The notes beneath the pieces are model-generated. The model was given only the letters and a program-made list of their open reading frames with translations. It searched no databases and was not told where the DNA came from. The position numbers and the translations under genes were made by a program. From NCBI GenBank assembly GCA_032718475.1, contig JAUCBJ010003337.1, positions 1-61,109 of the forward strand: a stretch of 61,109 nt of DNA, written 5' to 3'. Below are positions 1 to 13,898 of the stretch, piece after piece. The DNA is from Nemertoderma westbladi. Lineage: Eukaryota > Animalia > Xenacoelomorpha. Numbering within the stretch: position 1 is the first letter of the stretch; every line of letters starts with the position of its first letter.

Positions 1-1346
1 CTCAACAAGACGCGAACTGCAATTAGGGGAAATTCAAACACTTCCTTCCCGTCTACAAGTACTACAACTACAGGTAAGGATAATTCGTCTTCTGACACTA
101 CCGGTACCTTAGAGGAAAGAAACATTGGGTCAGAAATATATCTTTATATGATTCCATAATATAGTTGACGGTTATTCTATGTGGTATGTGATATGGTAAG
201 GGTTGGGCAAATTCGAGAGGAGGGGGAGGAAATGGATGAACGTCATCATTCCATATCGATTTAATCTCACTAACAGCCATTGTATAGGAACGAAGAATAT
301 ATTTTCTGAGGCCCATGCGGATTCTAGGTGGAACACCAAGTGACAGCCAGTGACAGACAGCACTGACATCGCAACAATTTTCGTTAAAAGCTACTTTTCT
401 ATATTCTGTTTTCTCAATTATTTTCACCAATGTTCAATTGACACTATGCTGCTATGCATACATATTTCCTGTAAGTTTAGGTTAAGACCATCTCGGTTCA
501 AAATAACGGATGCTTTCGACTGCATATTAATGGTTGTGAAAGTGACTGAACGGTGCAAATGCCTACATCTGAGGTCAGGTACACATGACCTAAAGTTATA
601 TTATAATTTATAACGTTATACAGTATTACAGTATACGGGACGTTCCTGTTTGGGGGTCTCCATTTTGAATTTTTTAAATTAAATTGTCATTTTACCAGTT
701 CCCGTGGCAAACCACTTACAAAATTGTTGTATTTTTTCGTCAATTTACCGGTTCCTATACTCTAGGTTCCTTGACTTTTCTCTAGGACCTAGAGAATAAC
801 CACTTAGAAATTTGGTCAATTTACCGGCTACATATAATTAACCAATAACAGAATATTTAATTCGAAAGGCATAAATATACTGTAGACTTAAGCAGCATTA
901 TAAAGAATAACAAAAACACTCCCTTCATTATTTACGCCATTTGTCTGATTTCGAGTTTCAAGGATTCGATTTTGGTGAATGAACGGAGAACAAATAAAAA
1001 TGATATTAATGTTAAGTTCTGTTGTATTGTATGTGTGACTACTGTATTTCAAACTACTGAACTATGTATTGAAAAATTTATGATTTAAAATTTTTCCTAT
1101 ATTCAAGTTTTAGTTTTAGAAATATTTCTAAACAAGTTTAAAAAATTTAGAAATCACTATTATTTTAATTTAAAAATTTCACTAACATAATTAGAAAAAA
1201 AACCTGCTTAGTGCTTCGTATAAAATTCCACAATTCCACTTGAGTTGATGGGCGTCAGCCGATTAAATCCGATTAATACAAGTACAGTAGTATAATGCAA
1301 GACCAGAGGCGTACCGAGGGGGGGGGGGGGGCAGGTGGGGGGTTTT

Positions 1347-2218
1347 AATTTTTGGATCAAGGGAACTAGTGCCCACAGGCACTTGGACAGAACCTACCAT
1401 TTGGCACAAGTGATGATAAATCTAAATTTTCGCGATGGCCAATTTTGATTTCTCCCACTGCATTAATATTATGCTCATTAGAACCGCAATGACCGATTTA
1501 GTGGGGGTAGACAACTTCAATACAAACGTAGAGCGAATATTTCTTGAAATATCGTTGAAAATGTGAAGTCCGGCGCACAAGTCTACATTACCGGCTTGAT
1601 ACGATATGGACAAATCCTCAAAAAATTTTATTTTGAATTCTCTCAAGGAATCAAGAATAGACACATCGCTGCAACAAATTGATTTAGTGTATACAGACAC
1701 CTTCAAAATTAAAGAGTAGTGATTAATTCACTATAGTTTTTGTACAAAATGTGTGGAATAGGTCAACTCAATATCAAGTATTAATTGGTGGATATACTGT
1801 AGTCTTGACTTGACATTTTGTAAAATAACTCAAGAACTAATGACTCTACTCTTATTTTAAAGGTAAGTCTACACACACTACATCGATCATTTCTGTGATG
1901 TGTCTATTCTTGATTCCTTGAGATAATTCAAAATTAAATTTTTTTGAGGATTTGTCCATATCGCATCAAGGCGGTAAAGTAGACTTGTGCCGGACTTCAC
2001 ATTTTCTGCAATATCTCAAGAACTATTCGCTCTACGTTTGTATTGAAGTTGTCTACCCCCATTAAATCGGCCATTGCGGTTCCAATGAGCATACTATTAA
2101 TGCAGTAGAAGTCAAAGTTGGCTATCGCGAAAATTGAGAATTATCATCACTACTTACTTGTGCCAAATGGTAGGTCTGTCCATGTGCCTGTGGCACTAGT
2201 TCCCTTGATCCAAAAATT
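1347..2218. mobile_element. Foldback/MITE-like palindromic element (about 400-bp imperfect arms)
   Basis: AATTTTTGGATCAAGGGAACTAGTGCC at 1347 and its reverse complement ending at 2218; the arms stay alignable inward to about 1750 and 1813; no coding signal. Confidence 0.85.
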
Positions 2219-4924
2219 TAACTAAGTTTGGACCCATTTGATGACAATTGATACTTGCGGGAAGTTCTTTCTTATACATTTATTATACAGTAGGAAGGGA
2301 TCTAGGGGTCTTAACCTCGAATGATAAGTTTATTTTACCGAAAATAACTTATCTTTTATTGGCGCAATTGTAGGACTAATCCCATCACATGCTTACTTTT
2401 TAACCGGGTAGTGTACAAATTTAGGAATCGCGTAATTTTTCTTGAAATTAATATCTCATATCTCTCCACATTCCTATAATAAATGTATAATAACAAACAC
2501 CTCGAGAAATACAGCTTGCCAACACATTGTTACTGGCAATAAAAAGTTCTTTCTTGAGTCATTGATCTTTCATTGATTAATGTGTTATATTTTTATAATT
2601 TTAATTGTGGTGCATCGCGAAGGCTCAAAATTTCAACCCCCTTGGGATCCGTCAAGATATCGATGAAATTTAGAGAAATTTTTTTTGCCTTAATTTTTTA
2701 CCATTTGGCAACTTTTGTGCACCGGTAGAACAACGAAATCGAAAAAAAAAGTAAAAAACGCACCACCCTAATGTACACTACCGTAAATCCATCGGCTCGT
2801 TTTAGATTCCGGGGCATTTTCAATCAACAAAGTTTCTACAATAAATTTATTTTCTCAACATAACATATACAGTGTACTGCGCCATACAAAACGTACAATT
2901 TATTATAAATATATATTAGATATATTTCTAAGTATTAGATATAAGATAGAAAATAAAATATATGATTGAAAACAAATATTAAATATAACATGTGCAATAA
3001 TCAATATTTTTTTATATAACGAGTACTTTGTACTGTAGGTGAATAGCGTTAGCTAGTCAAGCACTCACACAGCACAAGAGAATACCTAACTAATGGGGGG
3101 GGGCTTGGGCGGGATACATACCTCGTTCCCGGTGATATTTCGGGAAACTAGGCCTATAACACATTAACAACGGAATTGCAGTTCCCAGTTCCAGGTGAAG
3201 CTTCCGACGAGTATCCCGACTGGAGCCAACAACGCCACAGTTTCCAACTATTATGTTATGTAAAATATGCAGCAACCATTCTACCATCTGACCATTGCAG
3301 CATTGTTAACTTTAATAAAACAATTAATGGGAATACTGTATAAGCGATAACTAACTGTTTACGCCTGTCCGCCAATCTGCCAGTGGTAGTACCGTATATA
3401 GGTGCCTAATAATTACTGGTTTACATTTAAGAACAAAGTTTTTCCTTTGAATTGAATGGGTTGCATGCAGCATGCCAGGTCGTTCTGTATTATACAGTAG
3501 TCAAGGCCTTGATTATATATAGTACAGGCCAAGGCATACTGATACTCCACAACATACCATACCAATAGAGTAAAAACTACTCGATCTCAATATGCTAATG
3601 CCTCCCAATACAGCATGTGGCTTCTTCCACATGAATATAAATACACTTTTGTATCAACAAAGACGTGTCCATTTAATGCGGATTATAATATTATGCTGTA
3701 GAGATTGTTTATAATAATAATTAATAAATAGGTATAGCAGGGGAAAAATGCAAAAAAATAATAACATGTAGGCCCTATAATGTTAAACGAAATAATGTTC
3801 CAACAGAAAATGATTATTTTGTATTCTTCAAAAATGACTCAACTTGACTTTATTAGTAAAAATCCTATTTGCCAGCATCATTTATATTTCATTGGAAATT
3901 AAAGTTATAGGTTCATTTACACCATTACCATTAGAAAGCAAGTTGACCTTCTCTTAACGTAAACTGTCCACTCAAAAAGTCCACTCAGCAATTTGTATTA
4001 GTGGTACAATTGTGGCTTTAAGAACATTGTTACACAGCCTTGCAGATACAATAAAGTGTTTCATAGATAGATAGATTTATTTATACATTATGTAAAAACA
4101 ATAACAAATACACCAAACAATGTACCGGTATAAAGGTATTGTCCAACATAACATATAGGATTACCCCTAAAGCTTTGCAGCTTATTTCCAAGGGGGTCCT
4201 TTATGTTACTTATGTTGTTTCTATACTCTACAGTACAGATCGGCACAATCAATGCGCTATCTATTGCAGCTCACGGGAGTTTAGGTCAGAGTTCTTGCTT
4301 TCTAATTAGAGGGTTTTAATTTGTCTCTTTAGTTTTCTAATTATCTAAATTTATAGAGAGAAGTTTGGATTTCCATACAAAATGCATATCGAATTTTAAT
4401 TTCAATTGAAAATTGCAGTATTCGATAAAAAAAGGGTAAGTGGAAAAATATCACTAATTTTAAGTTTAGCCAAGCTAAACTTACCAACTCCTGTAAAACT
4501 CAACACTACTGCACTAGGACATAATAGCTGAACTTCTGAAAACTAGAATAAGAGTAAGATTTATTTTAGTGGGTTTGAAAAAATAATTAAATTTAAACAT
4601 TAAGGGAAAGGAGCAGGTTAAAGTGGCGGTGTTTTCTACCAAAAGAGGTCATTCAAGTATTACACCGTCATCATTTGGGTGGGGTAGGTGGACTTTGGGG
4701 CCGATCTTATTGAACTTAAACTTTTGTCGTTCTACAGTTCTATGTACCGGTCCGGTACTGTAGTTCTTGTACAGTTTTGTAGATTGACTTCAACAAGACC
4801 AATTGAATTGTTTTGATCTGGGACTGGGATATTCGAACTAGAACTAAACAGTTCAGGCGTTGACTGGTTGACACAAGCGCATATAGGGGAAACTTACAAC
4901 GCAATTAAAATTTCATTAATTGTA

Positions 4925-5738
4925 ATGTTACATTGCCTTCGATTTAGTAAATCTTTGGGGTTCCTTCCCAAACAGGCGGTGGGAGTGGCAGGTTTCCATC
5001 AAAACTCTAGATATCTCGGAACTATTAATGTGCGCCGCTCTACTGGTATAATAATAATAAACAAACACATAAACCAGTGGCAGTGGGGCCGTGTTAACGG
5101 GTTAACTGGAATTCGTTTTATAAAAACTAGTAGCATCGAGAGAACTCGAGATTATTACGAGATACTCGGAGTATCGAAAACCTCCGACGAAAAAACTATA
5201 AAAAAAGCGTATTTTACATTAGCGAAACAGTTTCATCCGGATGTTAATAAACAAGACCCGAATGCATCGAAGAAATTCGCAGAGATAGCGGAGGCGTACG
5301 AGGTGCTGGGCGATGTAAATAAACGCAGTCAATACGACTCATCGAGATCGATGGGGTTCGATCATCGAACGGCGGCCGGTCAGCAGCAGCCCGGAGGGTC
5401 TTCAAGATCCGGGTGGCACTACCAGTCGGAGTTCGATCCAGAAGAATTATTCCGGAGGGTTTTCGGAGGGGGGCAAGCGCGACGTGGGTTTAACATCGAG
5501 GATCTTTTTAAACGATCGTTCGACGATCTTTTCAGCGGGTCTTCCGGGGGATTTTTCTCGGGTTTCTCGCCGAAACCTCAACCGGTTCAGTTGAGTTTCA
5601 TTGAGTCGGTTACGGGCGGGGTTAAACAGGTGAAGGTTCGTGTTTCCGAGCGGTGTGGAGAATGCGGTGGAAAAGGTGGACTGGGAGAGAGTGTCTGCTC
5701 TGGGTGCACTGGAAGTGGACACCATACTCGGAGAATAG
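4925..5738 (+). CDS. DNAJA3: Mitochondrial DnaJ/Tid1-like co-chaperone, exon 1
   Basis: Basic, acid-poor N-terminal presequence (MLHCLRFSK...); J-domain DYYEILGV...HPD...[11 protein letters not shown]; G/F region; CGECGGKG and CSGCTGSG; donor AG|GTGAGT at 5738/5739, phase 1. Confidence 0.9.
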
Positions 5739-5999
5739 GTGAGTCAATACTGTTATCATAAGTTATCTATTGGTTTGTATTTTCGAATAAATTTTAGGTT
5801 TGTTTTTCGTTGGCCTTACCTGTAGAAAAAATTAAATTCCATCGAAAAATAATATTTATTTGTTCAAGGTTTGCCTATTCCTAGAATATATATCTCTCCA
5901 CAAAATACAAATATGCATAAAGAATATTTTGTCGAAATTGTATGCAGTATACTCGAAATCTGTCAATCAATAGTCTAGTGCATATAATGAGAGACAAAA

Positions 6000-7240
6000 T
6001 AAATTGTAGAGGGGAACTGTCATTAGATACAAAACGTGTCTTGAGTCTGTACTCCCGGATATCCCACTGACGATATCTCCTTTGCAGAAGTGAAGGCTGC
6101 TGCAAAGAGCATTAAGACCAAGACCCATCGTGCCACTTGAGTAGATGGTGCCCCCCCCCCCCCCCCCCCCCTGAGGTCTTTAAAATATCTGAGATATCTG
6201 ACAAGAAATGACATCAAATAAGTTGGTGCCAGTTTCCAAGAAGGGCAACTTAACACTCTATAACACTCAATTTATGGGGATTGGGGAATCTTGTTGATCT
6301 CGATTGCTGCAAAGCTATACAATGGAATTCCATAAAATCACATCAGTAATCCCATTAAGAGACTGCTACTGCTAATGGCTTCCGTAAAGGTTGTGGGACC
6401 ATGGAGCCCATTCTGTGATTCTAACGAATGGGATTCCTGTGGAAATTAGTGCAGAAATTAAATCGGTATACGATGGTTCGACGACATTTGTGTCTACTGT
6501 TGATGGTGACACAGATCCATTTGACAGTTAACTTGACAATCCTCAGGTCTGAACGATCTGAAAGTATGAGAATAAGTTTTATGGTTGGTGTGCTTGAGCT
6601 GAGCAGGGCATGTGGATGATATCTGTGATAATGGATCCGGAAGTCAGGTGAAGACCTTCGAATACGAAAGGGGTAGCATTGAATGGGCTTTCCAGGATTT
6701 GTAAGTCACATATGATACATCGTCAACTTATGTTTCGACTATTTAAAGCAGCATTAGAACGAGTACTCATAGGAGTCCATGTTGGGATCTAACTGCTGAG
6801 GACACCAAATCTCTGGATGGCACATTCACAAGAATGCTACGTCGGGTTCATTGTGGCAAGTACAATGCACACATCTCCAACCAGACACTATATAACATTG
6901 GAGGTGTCTCATTGGTTCACCCAAGCTTGACACTAGAACAAAGCCGCCTCCGCTTTGCAGGACATTGCTTTCGCCGTGAGGACCAGCCAGTGCATAATCT
7001 TGTGCTCTGGCAGCCTCATGGAGTGAATAAGCATGGTGGACAGCCCATGATATTCTTGAGACGCATCTTAAAGGACACTTGCCTTGAAGATGCGGATAAT
7101 CTCGCGAATGGGGAATAGGGAGTTGTAGATGTGGAGGTACAATTTTACCGGAATATCATTCTTAATGCAAGCTGCCTCATAGCAAGCCAATTGCGGATTG
7201 CATGATGGTTAAGCCAGCATATCATCTCAATGTGTAGCTG
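6000..7240 (+). mobile_element. Degraded, internally deleted RTE-clade LINE in the DnaJ intron
   Basis: MLRRVH...SRLRFAGHCFRREDQPV nearly identical to the copy at 45499-46681; boundaries approximate. Confidence 0.8.
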
Positions 7241-7637
7241 CAATGCCGCAGGACGATAGTAGGAGTAGTAGTCTCAGTGGCCGCGAGTCATCTTGTGCCC
7301 GAGAACCTTGTGACTGGAAGTGAGATGTTAGTGTCTTCATTGTTTTTGGAAGATATCTATGCATTAAGTTATTTCTTTATTAACACAAGTATTAAGTATT
7401 ATATACTATGAAATTCAATAATAAACATTAATCCAAACTTAACGGAACAATTTAATAATAACGATAAAAACGCTAACATAGTGGAATACAAAAAGGCCAC
7501 TGTTTAAAATCTAAATAAATTATAAAATATATACATTTATAAATTTTGTTTTTGAGTTTCATAAGGTGCCTGGGATGATTCAATCTCACAATCCACCATG
7601 CGATGTCATCACAATCTAATCTATTTGTTTCTCCTAG

Positions 7638-8347
7638 GTAGCATGGTACTCCAGTCTACCTGCCAGGTCTGCAACGGCCTCGGTTACACCGTAACCAAAG
7701 TGTGCCCCAGTTGCCGAGGCAAAGGACAGGTAGAACGAACCAAATCGGTGGACATCCAAGTTCCGGGCGGCGTGGAAACCGGGCAGACAGCCAGAATCCG
7801 GGTGGCGCGGGATCAGGAGATGCTGGTAGAGTTCTCTGTGGCGGATAGCGAACTGTACATGCGGAAAGGTTCCGATATTTACTGCACGCGGGAGGTGTCC
7901 GTGAGTCAAGCCTGTCTGGGCGGGAGCCTGTCTGTAGACTCGGTGTACGGGGACCCGCTAGTGTTGAGTATCCCCGCCGGCACGGCGAGCCATAGCGAGT
8001 TTAAGTTCCCCGGTAAAGGAATCCGTCGTATCGCGGGTTCGACTTACGGTTACGGGGATTTTATCGTCGTCGTAAAGATCGTATCGCCGCGTCGCTTATC
8101 GGATCGACAGCGCTGGTTGATGGAGGAGTTCTCTCGAGACGACAGTAGCATACAGGGGACCGTGGACGGGGTAGACAGAAGTTACCCCGATTATACGAAG
8201 CAGACCGACCCAGACTCTATGGAGTTGAGTAATCCGAATTTATTAGACTTCTTAAAAAAGTTCAACATTGGAGTCCGTTACATCGAGATGTTACAGCGGT
8301 TTATGCAGCCGTATAAAGATTGGTGGCATAAGTTTAAGAATTCCTAG
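7638..8347 (+). CDS. DNAJA3: Mitochondrial DnaJ/Tid1-like co-chaperone, exon 2
   Basis: Acceptor TTTGTTTCTCCTAG|GT matches phase 1; CQVCNGLG and CPSCRGKG complete four zinc-finger motifs; DnaJ C-terminal domain; TAG at 8345-8347; spliced CDS 1524 nt = 507 aa. Confidence 0.9.
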
Positions 8348-8778
8348 ACGCACTTTTGTTTAGTTTTGTTGCTATGCAACCCAATAGTTTAATTAAATAG
8401 ACAACTCGGTGCTACGCAATATCATTTGTTTTTATTTCATGGTAAAACAATAATTATGACTAATACTAATGCAATTTAGTTACAATAATTCATATTTTTA
8501 AACATTCGTGGTATACAATGGCATTGGGGCTGCTAGGTTACTCACTGCCGTTTATCATTCAGAAGGTTTTCCCTTCGGTAATGTTGCTAGCTGTGCTGGA
8601 CGACATAGGGTGGGTGGGGGAGGTTATTCTAGCAGCACAATAACCGAACGGTCAATAATTGCACCAGTTACAGTTTCATTTTTGCTCGGAATCAGCTATT
8701 ACATTATTTAGATCTATTTTCTACGGAGCCCCTAAAGCAAAGGGACATGAGTTTTCCCTTTTTTTCCAAGTCCGGCCC

Positions 8779-10810
8779 GGAATAAGTCTGCACGGAGATA
8801 CTAAGTTCGGCACGGAGATACTAAGTCCGACCCGGAGATAGTATCTCAGGGCCGGGGATACTAAGTCCGGCCCGGAGATAATAAGTCCGGCCCGGAGATA
8901 CTAAGTCCGACCCGGAGATACTAAGTCCGACCCGGAGATACTATCTCAGGGCCGGGGATACTAAGTCCGGCCCAGAAATACTAAGTCCGGCCCGGAGATA
9001 CTAAGTCTCGGCCCGGAGATACTATCTCCGGCCCGGAGATACTAAGTCCGGCCCGGAGATACTAAGTCCGGCCCGGAGATACTAAGTCTCAGGGCCGGGG
9101 ATACTAAGTCCGGCCCGGAGATACTAAGTCCGGCCCGGAGATACTAAGTCTCAGGTCCTGGAGATACTAAGTCCGGCCCGGAGATACTAAGTCTCAGGCC
9201 CGGAGATACTAAGTCCGGCCCGGAGATACTAAGTTCGGCACGGAGATACTAAGTCCGACCCGGAGATAGTATCTCAGGGCCGGGGATACTAAGTCCGGCC
9301 CGGAGATAATAAGTCCGGCCCGGAGATACTAAGTCCGACCCGGAGATACTAAGTCCGACCCGGAGATACTAAGTCCGACCCGGAGATACTATAAGTCCGA
9401 CCCGGAGATACTATCTCAGGGCCGGGGATACTAAGTCCGGCCCGGAAATACTAAGTCCGGCCCGGAGATACTAAGTCCGGCCCGGAGATACTAAGTCCGG
9501 CCCGGAGATACTAAGTTCGGCCCGGAGATACTAAGTCCGACCCGGAGATAGTATCTCAGGGCCGGGGATACTAAGTCCGGCCCGGAGATAATAAGTCCGG
9601 CCCGGAGATACTAAGTCCGGTCCGGAGATACTAAGTTCGGCCCGGAGATACTAAGTCCGGCCCGGAGATACTAACGTCCGGCCCGGAGATACTAAGTTCG
9701 GTCCGGAGATACTAAGTTCGGCCATGAGATACTAAGTCCGGCCCGGAGAAAGTATCTCAGGGCCGGGGATACTAAGTCCGGCCCGGAGATAATAAGTCCG
9801 GCTCGGAGATACTAAGTCCGGCCCGGAGATACTAAGTTCGGCCCGGAGATACTAAGTCCGGCCCGGAGATAGTATCTCAGGGCCGGGGATACTAAGTCCG
9901 GCCCGGAGATACTAAGTTCGGCCTGAGATACTACGTCCGGCCCGGAGATACTATCTCAGGGCCGGAGATACTAAGTCCGGCCCGGAGATACTAAGTCCGG
10001 CCCGGAGATACTAAGTGCGGCCCGGAGATACTAAGTTCGGCCCGGAGATACTAAGTCCGGCCCGGAGCTACTAAGTTCGGCCCGGAGATACTAAGTCCGG
10101 CCCGGAGATAGTATCTCAGGGCCGGGGATACTAAGTCCGGCCCGGAGATACTAAGTCCGGCTCGGAGATACTAAGTCCGGCCCGGAGATACTAAGTCTCG
10201 GCCCGGAGATACTAAGTCCGGCCCGGAGATAGTATCTCAGGGCCGGGGATACTAAGTCCGGCCCGGAGATACTAAGTCCGGCCCGGAGATACTAAGTTCG
10301 GCCTGGAGATACTAAGTCCGGTCCCGAGATACTCAATCCGGCCCAGAGATACTAAGTCCGGTCCGGAGATACTAAGTCCGGCCCGGAGATACTAAGTCCG
10401 GCCCAGAGATACTATCTCAGGGCCGGAGATACTAAGTCCGGCCCGGCGATACTAAATCCGGCCCAGAGATACTAAGTCCGGCCCGGAGATACTAAGTCCG
10501 GCCCGGAGATACTACATATCTCAGGGCCGGAGATACTAAGTCCGGCCCAGAGATACTAAGTCCAGCCCGGAGATACTAAGTCAGGCCCAGAGATACTAAG
10601 TCCGGCCCGGAGATACTAAGTCCGGCCCGGAGATACTATCTCAGGCCCGGAGATTCTAGTCCGGCCCGGAGATACTAAGTCCCAGCCCGGAGATACTATC
10701 TCAGGGCCGGGAGATACTATCTCAGGGCCGGAGATACTAAGTGCGGCCCGGAGATACTAAGTGCGGCCCGGAGATACTAAGTTCGGCCCGACGATACTAA
10801 CTAAGTCCGG
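8779..10810. repeat. CpG-rich 20-bp tandem repeat, about 100 copies
   Basis: Unit AAGTCCGGCCCGGAGATACT with interspersed variant ATCTCAGGGCCGGGGATACT. Confidence 0.97.
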
Positions 10811-10816
10811 CTTTAA

Positions 10817-13800
10817 GGGGGGGTACACCATTTTGGTCCAAAATATGTCGAAATTTTTTTTATGTTCTATTATAATGCACCATTGAATGGAGTTTCCAAA
10901 TTTGAAAACCGCTATTTAATAGCTATTGAAATTACTATTACTATGCATATTGAAGTGAAGATTTTTATTTATTCCACATTGGATAAAATTTGTACATACA
11001 TTAAAACAATAAATAAATAAAATCGGATTAAATTATGGCTGTAGCTACTGAAACTTTTAGTCAGGGTTTATTAACAGAACTTGTATAATATGTAAAATAC
11101 TTTAAGAGTTGAGAGGCATTGAATCGTCCCCATGGGTTAGTGTGATTGGACGTTCTAAGATCATTAAAAACAGAGCTTGTCTGAGTGGTGAGCTCGCCGA
11201 CTGTGTAGCATTGCACGTAGCGTAATGGAGTTTATCTGTGGCAGGGCCTCCGCAGAGCCAGCAGAGACAGTTTTCACTGGGTTTCCAGCAATTTATTTTA
11301 CTGCATATTTTTTGGTGACACCCGTTGGAAATAAGCTGAGCCGCGGCGCGGCGGCGCAGACCAGTTAAGTTCTCTAACTTTACATCGCTGGATGTCGGGT
11401 CATCGATTACTTTGAGAATTGAGGATGAGGACGCGTATCTACTGACACCGCACCACATCTTCCAGAACAGTGCCCGTATCCGCTGGACATGGTCTAATTT
11501 GGTTGGGTCATCCTCCGAAAAGATACTGCATCCGTATGTAATAGATGGGACTATTACGGATTTCCATAGGCGAGTACCCGAGTCCTTAGATATTAGTGTA
11601 AGGTTTATTTTCATGGCTATACGAGTGCATGCCGCAAGGCCTTTGTTATAGAGATGGTTGTAATGACCGCTGGGCCCGTTCTTTGATGACAGAACCACTC
11701 CTAAATAGTTGAATTGGGTGACGAACTCGATGGTTTTACCATTATAATGAATTATGTCTGTCTTCGACCTTTTTCCACCGCGGCGAAATTTAATTGCTTT
11801 AGTTTTAAAAATATTCACCTCCAGTCGATTTGCCCTGCAGTATTTTTCGAGCTTGTTTAATGCAAGCTGGGCCTCGTTGATTGTGTCGGCTACAATCACT
11901 AAGTCGTCGGCGTATAATATTACATAGCACCACAAGGTTGTCAATAAAAGTGGAATGTCGGAGATAAACAGGCTAAACAACAACGGCGAGAGTTTGTCTC
12001 CCTGTATTACCCCGGTTGTCTGTTCTATTGGATCTAGCACAAATGTGCCAATGCAGATACATATGTAATTCACTGATATTATAGCCCATATTACAGCAAT
12101 AAATTTTTTACTAATTCCAATAGCGGATAATTTCCTGCAAAGAAGTTGACGGTCTAGGGAGTCGAACGCTTTGGAGAAATCGATGAACACGCAATAGGCA
12201 TGTCCCGGACCTGCCCCTGGTTGTAGGGATGATTTGATACGGTTAAATATAAGTTTTACCGCCATTATAGTGGATCTCTTCTTTCGAAAACCGTACTGCT
12301 GGTCGGGTAGTTTCCTTAGAGTCTCAGCCCATGTATATAGTCGAGTTGCTATAATGCTTGTGTAGATTTTGAGTAGACACGACAGTAGGGCGATCCCTCT
12401 ATATGAGTTTGGAGACGATTTTCCACCCTTTCCTTTGTAAAGGGGGATAAGATATGACATGATCCACGCTGCTGGGCACACTGCCATGTTGAAGCAGAAT
12501 GAGAATAGAGTAAGCAGATAAGGTAGTAAATGTCCAAAACCCAACTTCATCACTTCATTTGTTATGGAGTCTGGGCCTGCTGCCTTTCCGTTTTTCTGGC
12601 TGTTCACCGATTCAGTGATCTCTGTAGCACTAATAGGGGCATCCAGAGCTGGGCAATTGTTTTCCGGGAGGTCCGGCAGAGGTAGAGTTTTATCTCTCCC
12701 CAGAAGGGTTGAGAAATGTTCCGACCAAGTAACCTCCGGGACTTGTTGAGCACAAGTTTTCTCCTGGCGCCCATTCTTTAATATGTTCCAGAAAATGGCC
12801 ACATCAGTCTCGCATTCCTCGATCAGTTTTAGCTCTCTTTGTGCCTCGTATAGCTTCTTCCTCTCCTTGATAACCTGTTTGTAACATCGTTGACTTTTAG
12901 CATACAGCTGTCGACTCTCAATGGTGGGGTCTTTTTTCATATCCAAGTAGGCGTTCTTCATTTCCTGTTTTGCCTTGTAACATAAACCGTCAAACCACAT
13001 TTTTGCTTTTCGAGGTCTTCCAGGTTCGGCCGCATCTACGATTGCCATCGTAACGTAGTTACAGGCTTTATCCACGCCCTCTGCCAGTGCCTGGTCAAAG
13101 TTTTCTTGGTTTAGGTTTCTGTCCAGTTTCTCAGTATTAATTTTTCTAATAGGTTTCTTTCTACGAGCTCTTTCCTCCAGTGCGGATTCCAGTTCGATTA
13201 CTATATTGATTCGTTGATGTTTTGTGAACATTGTAGGAATAACCTCCATTGAGCACACCTCTTGTATCTCCTTATCGGCAAACACTAAATCTATCACACT
13301 TTCCCCGTTCCAGCAATAATATGTTGGAATTTCAGCGTCATTTAGACAATGAAAGGTCGATAATCTCCAAATATTTTTTTTATGGAATTGTCAACTTCAA
13401 AACCCTACTACTGTACTTCTACAATTTTTGAGCAATTAGTCTGAAATTTTCTGTGGGTGTCTACATATAGCCACCCTGCATAAAAGTATCAGACAACTTT
13501 TCGAAATTTTTTGTTAATAAAATTTAATACTATTTATAACAAACCTAAAAATTTGCATAAATTTGCAGCGCCACCTAGCGGTGCAGAATTATTTTCACAA
13601 AATTTCGCCTGATATTTATGTTGCCCCATCTTTGTTATATCATATAAAAAAAATCTCATGTGATTAGATTCAAAACTGTAAAAGCCTTAGGGTTTTAAGC
13701 GCAACCAAGTGTTTTTATTGTTAACTAGTATTAACTAATATTAAATAGCGAAAAAAAATTTTCTGACCTGTGATGTAGAATAGCATCTTAGGCACCTATA

Positions 13801-13898
13801 TTCAAAATTTTAGCCAAAACAAAACAATTTTGAAACGTTGAAAGTGATAAATCGAAGAGTTGTTCGAAAATGGTGTACCCCCCCCCCCCCCCCCCCCC
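10817..13898. mobile_element. Kolobok-like non-autonomous DNA transposon interrupted by a LINE
   Basis: TTAA|GGGGGGGTACACCATTTT ... AAAATGGTGTACCC(C)n|TTAC; TTAA target with purine termini is the Kolobok pattern; right flank is imperfect. Confidence 0.65.
11102..13297 (-). mobile_element. 5'-truncated non-LTR retrotransposon ORF2 (end of APE, RT, Cys-rich C-terminus), RTEX-like; element spans about 10955-13350
   Basis: 731-aa open frame: KAAGPDSI, YRGIALL, QYGFRK, FIDFSKAFD, GVIQGDKLSPLLF, YADD, YLG, C-terminal CLCWLC..H...C; AATAAATAAAA near 10965 on the minus strand; clade assignment tentative. Confidence 0.9.

Noticed and set aside
8779-10810. CRISPR-like appearance of this and the other arrays
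   Set aside because: Head-to-tail units with no unique spacers, no cas genes, eukaryotic context
13565-13583. CTCF-like motif GCGCCACCTAGCGG in the Kolobok-like element
   Set aside because: A motif match alone does not show binding; a similar string occurs inside exon 5
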